From Antedon mediterranea (taxonomy: Eukaryota; Animalia; Echinodermata): a stretch of DNA of 64,000 nucleotides. Positions 53,393-64,000 of the stretch are shown here, piece by piece. Positions within the stretch are counted from its first letter, which is position 1. Each line of letters opens with the position of its first letter. A model generated the notes under the pieces. That model did not search any database, was not told where the DNA came from, and saw only the letters and a list, made by a program, of their open reading frames with translations. The position numbers and the translations under genes were made by a program. The stretch lies in contig NC_092677.1 in assembly GCF_964355755.1 (NCBI RefSeq), forward strand, positions 23,733,175 through 23,797,174, read 5' to 3'.

Positions 53393-54344
53393 TGATATTC
53401 ACTCTTGAAGAATGATGTTCACTCTGTAAAGGTGATTCACTCTTAAAGAATGGTGTTCACTGTGTAAGGGTGACATTCACTCTTGAAGAGTTATGTTCAA
53501 TCTGTAATGGTGACATTCACTCTTGAAGAATGATGTTCACTCTCTAACAGTGATATTCACTCTTGATGAATGATGTTTACTCTCTAAGGGTAACCTTCAC
53601 TCTTGAAGAATGATGTTCACTCTGTAAGGGTGACGTTCACTCTTGAAGAATGATGTTTACTCTGTAAGGGTGATATTTACTCTTGAAGAATGATGTTCAC
53701 TCTGTAAGGGTGATGTTCACTCTGTAAGGGTGACATTCACTCTTGAAGAATGATGTTCACTCTGTAAGGGTAACATTCACTTTTGAAGAATGATGTTCAC
53801 TCTGTAAGGGTGATGTTCACTCTGTAAGGGTGACATTCACTCTTGAAGAATGATGTTCACTCTGTAAGAGTGACATTCACTCTTGAAGAATGATGTTCAC
53901 TCTGTAAGGGTAACATTTACTCTTTAAAAGTGATGTTCACTCTGTCAGGATGATGTTCACTCTGTAAGGGTGATATTCACTCTTAAAGAATGATGTTCAC
54001 TCTGTAAGGGTAACATTCACTCTTGAAGAATGATGTTTACTCTGTAAGGGTGATATTCACTCTTGAAGAATGATGTTCACTCTGTAAGAGTGACATTTAC
54101 TCTTGAAGAATGATGTTCACTCTGTAAGGGTAACATTCACTCTTTAAAAGTGATGTTCACTCTGTAAGGGTGATATTCACTCTTGAAGAATGATGTTCAC
54201 TCTGTAAGAGTGACATTCACTCTTGAAGAATGATGTTCACTCTGTAAGGGTAACATTCACTCTTTAAAAGTGATGTTCACTCTGTAAGGGTGATATTCAC
54301 TCTTAAAGAATGATGTTCACTCGGTAAGGGTGATATTCACTCTT
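53393..54344. repeat. 20-bp satellite with higher-order structure
   Basis: Alternating monomers cactcttgaagaatgatgtt and cactctgtaagggtgacatt. Confidence 0.95.
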
Positions 54345-54610
54345 CCCCGTAGGCCATATAGTATTTGTGTATATTTGTGCTCATTCTTGGTGATGGTCTT
54401 TTAGTAACATTAAATTGTAAAAAAAATCACACAGTTCCTGTTATGTTGTTATTTTGTCTGATTGCTTCATACGTAATATAAATTATAAAAACCACCACTA
54501 AATGTCAATTTTAATTTGTTTAATTAATTATTTTTTTAAACGATAAATTATATAAAGCTATGCTTAAGAACATTAAACTAGCCTATTAACATTAAAATGC
54601 ATGTTATTTC

Positions 54611-54710
54611 ACTCATTTGTTGACCATTCACTATACTCATTTGTTGACCATTCACTATACTCATTTGTTGACCATTCACTATACTCATTTGTTGACCATT
54701 CACTATACTC
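54611..54710. repeat. 24-bp tandem repeat, 4 copies
   Basis: (actcatttgttgaccattcactat)x4; accounts for the spurious SIVNGQQM ORF. Confidence 0.95.
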
Positions 54711-55819
54711 GCAAAAACAGAAACAACAAAACAGAAACTTTTGAAACGAAAAAGAAAAAAAAGAAACAAAACAACTTAAATTAAATAAAATACTTCTTTA
54801 AACAAATTCATCCATTCATTTTTATTAATTTATGTATTGTTCCCCCAAAATATGAGACATTTAAGATTAAATTCAAATTATTTTCTATTTATTATTTATT
54901 TTATTTATTTTTTCTAGTTATTTCACATTTTGTCAAAAAAAAATATGTACATAAAATAATTATGATTTCGCTTTTTCAAAAAGACAAAAATATACACTTA
55001 AATATAGCTACACTTCCACACAATGGTCTTCTAATTGACTTCATTTTTCAATAAAATAATACTGTATCGGATAGAAATATAAGTATACATTTTTCGTTTA
55101 AACATGAATGACTATTTATGCAATATGATATTAAAATCAACAGTTTAAATTGTTTTTTCTTCAGGGTAGACAATATATCTTTAATCATTAATTCATTAAT
55201 ACATTCGGTTGATAAATAAGCAAGATAAATACAATATACGCAATTTCGTAAAAATCTTATTTTAGATTAGTGGAACATTTATTATCAGGACGATGCTACT
55301 CCCAAGTATAGCAGCTTTCTCGCTCTCACCCTGCTTGATGAAGAACTGTAAAACAAAACCGTTGATATATCTATTCCAAATTTCGATCTAAACGTATCAT
55401 ACGACTACAATGTTAAATATAGTTCCTGTGTTTTAATTTTTTTTTTTTTTTTGCAAAATTGGTGATATTGATAATTAAGTAATTACTATTCTCCGCGTAG
55501 GTATTACAGTCACGTGGCCTGATCGACGTTTGAGATGGATACCCTTGACATGTTTGATAACAATAAACGATTTCTTTCACATTGCTAAATTCATCGAAAA
55601 CAATTTCGTCACGTTCACTAGTATTACTAATAAAGATTCGATTAACATAACAACAAACTTTCACTATTCCATCAAATGTAGTTAAAATCAACTGGTATGT
55701 ATTTATAATTACTGTTTTCAATTTCAAACAAGTATAGGCCTATATAGAAACACTTCCCAACCAATAAACCACGACATTCAAAGAACATCGCTATAGTTGG
55801 CGCTCTAATTTGCACACCG

Positions 55820-56275
55820 ACTTCATCTTGCTTTTCCGACTAGCAACGTACATTTTTTTGACTCGTAAATCACATTTCCCGACTCGCACCGTACTTTTTC
55901 CGACACGAAAATCTTGTTTTCCGTCTTGCAACGTACATTTTTTCGACACCTAATTCGCTTTTCCGAACTCACAACGACAACGTATACTCGCTTTTACCTA
56001 CTGTAACTCGTCACTTTCATTTTCCGACACACAATAGGCATTTTTTTCTTGCATCTCGACTCGTAAGTCGCATTTCCCGACTCGGAGCGTGAATGTTCTT
56101 TCTTTTCCATATCGCAACGCACATTTTCCGACACGCAGCATACATTTCTCGACTTCAACTCGCATTTCTCGACTTTAACTCGCATTTCTCGACTTCAACT
56201 CGCATTTCTCGACTTCAACTCGCATTTTCCGACTTCAACTCGAATTTCTCGACTTCAACTTGCATTTTCAGACTC
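55820..56275. repeat. 20-bp tandem repeat (cgacttcaactcgcatttct), probably the subterminal array of a DNA transposon
   Basis: Degenerate units from 55820; homogeneous from 56140 to 56270. Confidence 0.8.
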
Positions 56276-57174
56276 TGAAAATAAACATCCAGTTTGGTGG
56301 TTTTTCAAAATGTTACTTATTTACAATAATATGTTTCTTCGTGTGAAGAATGCTAAATAGCAAATTAATGATGTGTAATTAAAGGAGAATAAACAAATTG
56401 CATTCATTCTCATTTAACGAAAGGAATTAATTGATAATATCCATTTAATTTCAGTTTATACCGAAGAGCGCATGCGTGCATTAATAAAAATTCTCTATTA
56501 AAAAAAAAAATAGAATCATAGAATGGAATAACCTCCTTACTTACTTATTATATAGGCTACACGCCTTTTTTCCAGTTTTTAGGCCCTATGTGTTATCATC
56601 CTTTTTGAATTTATTTATCCCGCTTTTAATTTTTTTTATTGATGTATTTTAATGTTTAAGATGCATTGTATAGTTTATTTTAACTTTTATATGAATTTTA
56701 ATGAGATTCCAAATTAATGAAATTGGAAAAGTTGTTACCAAATGGAGGAGGCAATAACGGTGATTATGTTTAATTATTTCTTGATACTTCGTCTGTATAT
56801 TAACAGTCAAGATTATACCCTTTTCATTTATTAAGATAACCAATCAATCATCAACACTGAGATTCATAACTTAAATACTAACTGTAAGAGGCCTAACACA
56901 GACGAGTGGTAACTGTAAACCACATAGCTTGTCGTCCCACGTATCCTGAGCGCCCGTTCGCTACGCGTTTTGTGTAAACGGTCAAGCAATAACATAGATT
57001 CTGTTTTATTACCGTTACTGCTTGTCTACGTAAATTGGCCTTACATTGCACACGTGTATTGCTATTCTGTAATCTATATTTTATTTATAGGTCTATATTT
57101 ACCTCCCCATCCCCAAAATGATTTCTCGCTGAAATTCGCATTGTCCTCATCATAAACGAGACTCAACGTTATTG

Positions 57175-57525
57175 CGCCCGCTACCGGGCTGCGATTTTAT
57201 TTTTCGTTCATAAGTTGCGGTCCCCTTATGTGAAAGATAGCCGAACTACTTCCTAAATATAACTAAACCTAACCCTCTGAATAAGCTCTCTCTCTCACTA
57301 TAAAGTAAAAAGAAGTTGATCATGGGATTTGAAGCCCATACTTCGACATATAACGTCCATAGTCTAATCCACTCGACTACACAAACGGCTCGACAGAAAG
57401 CGTTTGCATTAATCTTACGTCATACCTTATGGATATGACGAATAAATATTCATGTTTAATTTTTGACGTTTCATGAGGAGTTCCCCACTTATGTACGACA
57501 AAAAATATCGCTACCGGGCTACCAT
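57175..57525. mobile_element. Non-autonomous element with subterminal inverted repeats enclosing a tRNA-like segment
   Basis: gcgattttatttttcgttcataagt ... acttatgtacgacaaaaaatatcgc, internal aaacctaaccc and reverse A/B-box-like text. A second fragment sits at 37490-37620. Confidence 0.65.
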
Positions 57526-60500
57526 ATTTAATAATAACTATGTTGAATATAACGTACTTAATCATGAACATTCTTGAATATAGCTTTGGTTTTTCCATCG
57601 TTGAGAATTAAATGTGAAACCCACAGTATTGAGCATCATTTAAAAAAAACCTCTATAATGATATAGCGTTCCTTTTATTTAAATGATGCCCTGAATATCC
57701 GAAATTGACTGTGCCGTATGGCCAAAGTTACTATAGGTTGTCAAATCACCTCAAGTTAAGGTAAAACACTCTCTTAACTCTATTATCATAACATTTAAGG
57801 CCTATTATGAAGGCATAAACATAATTATGTATTTAGAATATTATATATAGTATGTTTTATTCCTTCATTCATTCAAAAGGTCAAAATTAATTTTAATAAC
57901 AGTATATAAGGAAAAGAATAAGAACAAGATTACAACCATATTTGTAGGCCTACTAGTAGTGTAGAAGTGTGAGTTAAAAGGGTATAAAACTTCATTAAAA
58001 GCAGAAGACATAAGATTATATTAAAAAAATTAGTTAGGAGTAATTATAGTTAGGACTGTTTAAAATGTTTACAGATATAGTAGGAAAACATTTATAAAAT
58101 GTTTAAAAAGAAACAATTATGTAGTATAATTATTGATATTTTATTTATATTTTATTATTTATTCAAAATATACACAAATCACAGAGAAAAGCTGAATTGC
58201 TTGGGATTTACAAAAATATAATATATACAAATAATATATGTATCGGTACAACAGTATTATGACAATGAATGTTGTTGAGACCAGTATAACTGAGCTGGTG
58301 TCCCGTAGTAATGTCAATATATTTTAAACAGTGCTTCCAAGTAGTCACGGCAGCGGGAGCAATAGTTCTAACACTTTTAAGTTTGATTTCAAAACACAAG
58401 ATGCTGAGGTTTAAAGATTGAACAGTGAGTTGTATTTGCTCTGATGTCCCGACCAATGCGAATTGTGGATACTATTTGTTTGGTTTGACACTTTTTATAC
58501 GAGCCTAAAGTTACGTCAGTGATATTTTTTGACCTGATCAAGGCAGTTATGCATAACAAATAAATAATATTGTTCTTCGTTCAGTTACATTGTTGTTCTA
58601 AATAGTAGTTAACGCTACAAAAAAAAACAACCCAAAAACCCAAAATAATGACGCCACAATTATATCCGTTAATGTAAACGGTATCTGCTGTCCATTTGAA
58701 GACATAAACATTATTCTAAATTTTTCCTTCATTAATAAACATATGCATTTCGCAGTGATTATTTACGATACTTAAGGTTAAGCCTACTCATTTATTACGT
58801 ATGAGATCCGCATTACAAGGTGCGTCACAGCCGCACGAACACAGACCTGTTCAATTGATGACGTTTTAACTGTTGATACGCTTAAAGTTTATTCACTCGG
58901 TGACGTCACTGCAAAACTTGTTGAAAACAAAGTTCGTGTGTGATCTCGTCTGCTGCCATCCACACCGGGGCTATTAATGTCAAAAATATGACGAGATCTT
59001 CAAACTGTAGGAACTGTACATTAGGAACATCAACCTGATCTAATAAAACTACGTTTCTTTCTGTCCTCAAAATGTTTTCATTTGAAATGAATACCGCATC
59101 CACACGCCAACGATCCATTAAATACGTCTTTCATGTTTGTGATAGAGACTTAAAAGCTGTCCTGGCCAGATGCTATACTCAACTGCTAACGAAAACAAAC
59201 TATTTGGTATACAATCCGTAAACATTGTCCGAAATATTGCACCTGGAGTGTCATACCTCGTCATCACCTTCGTTTATCACCTTGCTGGGCTCACCTTAAC
59301 CTGTGATTATCACCACTCATCAGTGCACTTAAAACTCTATCAACGTGTTTGTGGTCTGGGCTAGTTATTAAAAGTTTTGATTATTTTGGGACATACATAA
59401 TTTCAAATTTTTTAAATTTTTGTCAACATTATATTTGTTGAAGAGGTTAATTTTATTCTTTTAAACCTATTTGATTTACCATAATTATATTAGACTGTTT
59501 AATATATATATTATAACACACCTGAGTGTAGTCTTGCAATTTGATTGGTTAATTAGGCTCCGCCTCGTTAAATAGAACAGTCAATTTTTCAACTCATGCA
59601 ATATTCTCACCATTCAACTCATAAACATTAACTAATTATTTTTAGTATTTAATATTGATTATGCATATTTCTGACAGAACAATTACTTTTTTTTTCTGGC
59701 ATGACTGTAGCGTACTAGATTAAAATCATTTATATTTTATTCATCATCTCGATCGATTAATTTTGATACTCAGTTAATATGTTAAAGATCATTATTTCAA
59801 AACTAATTTTAGGATTGATGCTTATCATGGCAGCTGCCTATATACTATCTGAACAAGTTGCATATCAAATGGGTAATTTTGTAGGCATCTTATAACCTCC
59901 CCAGGGTCTATAATTAGACCTTTCTTAAATCGTATTCTGGGTGAAAGCTAAGCCACACAAGCGCAAACAGCAACGGGAGCCAGAGGCTGTAGCGATGAAT
60001 TGGTATCAGTTCACTTCCCTGGCTTCAGGCCTATGGAAGAAATGGCTTATAATACAAACGGAAAATGTCAGTTATATTGAGCTAAATTAGTATTGGAAAT
60101 TCTCATCAAACCTATATGCTGTTATTTCTTAAGGGAATGGAGCGTATCGTGGGAACAAATCATTTTGTGACTTTATTTTCAGATATTATATCAGATGTAA
60201 CACAAGACTTAAAAACAATTTCTAGGCCTAAACCATTATACGTTTTTATTTTTGTACAATATTGTATTTTTTCATATTTTTGTTATAATAGATTTCATCC
60301 TCAAAACAAAATGTTCTCATTTAAAAAAAAAAAATTTACGAACAATTTCGTACATAATATCAAATACTATTCATAATTCATGCATAATCGATCTTTAAAA
60401 CAACATTTTCTATATTTGGCGATTTTTATGATTGCTATTTAGTCTGGGTGGTATTCCAGTTTCAGTGTTTTTTAGTTGACAGTGTAATTTTTCCTCTACA

Positions 60501-61124
60501 TCCATGTAACATATTTGTATTTATTTTATTCTGAAAATATTAAAATAAAATAAATATATTTATTATAGGCTTAATTTAATGGAATAATCTTTAAAATGTT
60601 TTCATGTACATGCTATGGCATAATGTCCTTTAAGAGGCGGTTCAATTCACCACTATCAATACATTGATGCCCTAGAATTATAATTAAATATTATTATTAT
60701 AATATTAAATATCTACAAAATAGGTGTATAGAAATATGAAAATATGAAGGCAGGCGATTTTCATAAGCGATCCCTAGATCGAGCATCGCGGTGATACAAT
60801 GAAGCCGCGAGGGACACGTCTACCCCGCTGTGTTGAGCCTCTCCCGCATCGCTACAACTAGCCTAGAAAGAATTTTTCTTTGACAAATTTGACGAGAAGT
60901 TCATCTCGATTTGCCTCAATTTGAAATAGATCCCATACCTTAGCCTTCGGCAGGAATGATTTGACAATTAATTATGGTTTTATCACGGAATGCTGATTAC
61001 ATTCTTTCAAATATTTACGACAGGTACCTATTTTATTTAATACTGTAATGATATTAAAACGGATGGAAGTGGAGAGGTACAATATTAATATAGAATTAGT
61101 CACGTGTAAAAAAAATGCCGCGAT

Positions 61125-61551
61125 CAATTATCCAGGCTCCTCACTTTAACACTAATCAGTAACCCAGATATAAGTCATGCAAATTATCCAGGCACCGCCC
61201 CCTCCCCTCACTATAACACTAATCAGTAACCCAGATATAAGTCATGCAAATTATCCAGGCACCGCCCCCCTCCCCTCACTATAACACTAATCAGTAACCC
61301 AGATATAAGTCATGCAAATTATCCAAGCATCCCCTCACTATAAGACTAATTAGTAACCCAGATATAAATCATGCAAATTATCCAGGTACCCCCCCCCCCC
61401 CCTCCCTATAACACTAATCAGTAACCCAGATATAAGTCATGCAAATTATCCAGGCACCCCTCACTATAACACTAATCAGTAACCCAGAGCACCCCCTTAC
61501 TATATACACTCAGTACCGTAATCCAGATATAATTCATGCAAATTATCCACG
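61125..61551. repeat. ~55-70-bp minisatellite, about 7 units, most with ATGCAAAT
   Basis: cactataacactaatcagtaacccagatataagtcatgcaaattatccaggcac(c)n. Confidence 0.93.
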
Positions 61552-62149
61552 CTTTATTTTTTTTTATGAGAACATGTCGTCCGTCTAGATACAGTAGGCC
61601 TACCGTACCGAGAATCGGGTGGGTGAGTCCGTCGTTAAACTGCCATAATGGATGACCTTTCGATTTGCGATTACATCATTGTTCCAAATAGTCGTCGTCC
61701 ACTAAAATCGATTTTTTTTTCGCGACGACCGTATATACCCAAAGCAATTATGAAACACGGTTGTATTAGAGTATGTATTTGTTAATACAAAATACAAGGG
61801 CGTCACTTGAATCTAGATTCGACAAAATTGTGTCTGGACGACTTTGACAAAATGTTGCCAACCCAAACTCAAACGCGCATGCGCTACAAATAACGATAAG
61901 AACTGTATATTCCCTTGTAAACTATATAATGTGATGGACAGAATTTAAAAAAAAAACATTAGAAAGAATGATAATGAAATAAAAGAACATAAGAAAAAAT
62001 GTCAAAAATCCACATGACGAGTTCACCAAAAAAGCGAAAAAAATCACCTTCAAGAGAGATATTTCACTTATTATGTATATTAAGTAGTATTACTATATAT
62101 TGAAACATTATAATGTATATTCCTTGTTTGAATACTTTGAAAAGTCAAT

Positions 62150-62320
62150 TAACCTCCCCCCCCCCCCCATGTGTGGAAATGGGTACCTGGTATCGTTCCA
62201 GACAGAACATTGCGCTGATTACCAACTTCCATACGTGTTTGATCCAAAAATGACTGGAGTAATAATTATGCATAGCGCTTAGACGTTTTACAACATTAAA
62301 TAGGCATTAATATAAAAAAG
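62150..62320 (+). mobile_element. SINE 3' remnant
   Basis: aaatgggtacctgg core, ttgcgctgatta shared with 11781, and an agcgcttagacg...tataaaaa tail. Confidence 0.5.
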
Positions 62321-62989
62321 GCCATATACATGGCTGCAGTCGCGTGCTCAAAATTTGAGTTAGCGTTTACCGACCGACCGACCAACCGACCGACATAGTG
62401 AGCTATAAGGATAATGAAGTTGGGTTAATTGAAATCCTAAATACAAGTTGTAAATAAATAATACCGTTTTCAAATATTAATACCAATATAGTATGTTATT
62501 GTTTCTATATACAAGGTTGAACTGATTATTAGGCCATATTCAATATCTTGTGAACTTTAAAGTTCCAATCGTATTGTGTGTGTTTTTAAATTAATATTGA
62601 AAGTCAATATCCCGCTCCATAACAAGCATAATTAAAACAAATATAATCACAAATATTTGGATAAAAACATATACATCTTCCTTTAGCATTGGTGTATTAA
62701 CAACTTATCTTCTGTAAATAGTATATCTTTGTTTATGTTTTGCCGAATTAGTAGCGTCTTAATCAATATGTGGATAATCCTAATTGTTTTATAAACACAT
62801 CGAGAAGGTTTATATTATTTTGAGCCGAAGTCAATGTGTTTATTTGTGCTTCAAATTGATGATTTTATTTCAATTCGACGGCCATGATTTAGTAACGTCA
62901 TTGGGTTATTCCATTATACACACCACAAAGTAGACCTGTTGTAACAATTTTGTATTTTAAAAATAAATGTGTTTCGAATGTCCAACGCA

Positions 62990-63303
62990 GGCCAAGTTTC
63001 CGCAGCCAAAAAAATATTATTTGTTATTTTTAACCAACCAGGTAATTAAAATGTAAAAGTGCGCATGCTCAGTTATTACCAAACAACCAGGTGCCCAATC
63101 ACAACGCAACAATTTGTTCTTCAGGTCGAAGGTTAAAAACTATCGCATTTATCCGATAAATATCTGATTTGAATGAGATAACACGGTTAATTGTTCTCAA
63201 ATGGAATCGATTAAACCCCGTTTCCACAGGCAATTTATCGGTTAAGTATCGGTTAATTTTATCGGTTAATTATCGGTTAATTTTTGGCTGCGGAAACACG
63301 GCC
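62990..63303. mobile_element. PIF/Harbinger-like MITE, 314 bp, 3-bp GCA TSD
   Basis: TIR GGCC(AA/GT)GTTTCCGCAGCCAAAAA, gca on both flanks (62987-62989, 63304-63306), subterminal (tatcggttaat)n. Confidence 0.85.
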
Positions 63304-63549
63304 GCAGAGAGGTACTGTACATACGCGCAACGCAACTATTTTGACCAATAACATGGATCGGCGGATAATTGAATCGTTTGCCTTTTTTTCCAAGAATGAC
63401 TTTAGCTGCGTGCCAATGGGGGAAAGAGTGCTTAATTTATTTCAGGGAAGAATATTATATATGAGATTCATTCAGCTATTATCCAGCTACCATTTTAATC
63501 ATAAAACAAGTACATTTTTGTCCAGCCTCAAGATAGGGGATGACTAGAC

Positions 63550-63770
63550 CAGAACACAGGAGTAATACCCTTCTCTTTCTGAAAGATGCACTTGGCTTGG
63601 TTTAAATGTTTAAAGTGCACAACAGATCGATGTGTACACGAGACCTTCAGTTTTAAGTAGGCCTACTTTCCGAGAAGACTTGTTCCTTCACCATAAATAA
63701 TAATGGTCGAGCTTGTACCTTGAACCTGTTCCGATACGGTATTATTTGTGGTTCTAACCGCTCGACTTTT
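63550..63770 (-). mobile_element. Degenerate Deu/Nin-domain SINE, minus strand
   Basis: tttaaagtgcac...tgtacac...tccgagaagacttgttcc is the reverse complement of the 13160-13240 core. Confidence 0.65.
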
Positions 63771-64000
63771 CTTTGGTGGTTACAGCAGTGTCAAAACTTA
63801 CTTGTTTATGTTAATTATAAAATGTACCTCTGCAACTACAATGTGTCACCCTTTGAAAATTTGCCAGGCTGTAATATTATTAAAATGTGTTGTTAAAAAA
63901 AAACATTGTAGACTTTCACCACCACTACTTTTGGTAAATAACATAATTGAAACATAATGATTTAAAATAATCACTATACACAAAAAGAAATTAAGAACAC

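Noticed and set aside
53393-54344. CRISPR-like regular repeat array
   Set aside because: No unique spacers and no cas genes in a eukaryotic context; it is a satellite.
5463-63957. Most of the ~65 short ORFs in the supplied track
   Set aside because: Low-complexity, AT-biased or repeat-derived translations with no recognisable motifs. Only 41114-41302, 45754-46062 and 51095-51808 (and weakly 22212-22505) reflect LINE coding remnants.
50332-64000. FoxC or other forkhead coding sequence downstream of GMDS
   Set aside because: No forkhead motif (e.g. KPPYSY, WQNSIRHNL) found by eye or in the ORF track; the linkage remains a prediction.

Overview
AT-rich (~30% GC) animal genomic DNA, most likely a marine invertebrate deuterostome (inferred from the repeat repertoire, not proven). 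The window holds the 3' part of a + strand GDP-mannose 4,6-dehydratase gene (GMDS). Its four coding exons of 119, 97, 69 and 63 nt (5275-5393, 6463-6559, 48075-48143, 49373-49435) splice in frame with GT-AG ends into ...[27 protein letters not shown]...FYRPTEVEFLLGDSTKAK...ELVKEMVDSDIALMMKNPTA*. None of these exons appear in the ORF track. One intron is 41.5 kb while its neighbours are ~1.1-1.2 kb. The rest is non-coding: tRNA-derived SINEs, PIF/Harbinger MITEs, three Helentron-type (HINE) copies, truncated LINE ends (CR1, Rex1/Babar, RTE-X-like), minisatellites and many unique motif-rich islands that look like cis-regulatory modules. Two signals stand out. (1) The giant GMDS intron with enhancer-like islands, including three perfect Pbx-Meis TGATTGACAG decamers, suggests an ancient bystander-gene regulatory block like vertebrate GMDS-FOXC1. 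(2) TA-CAG-TA, TA-GGCC-TA and TA-CCG-TA motifs are common and demonstrably inserted at TA sites in single copies of local tandem repeats, consistent with pervasive DNA-transposon excision footprints.
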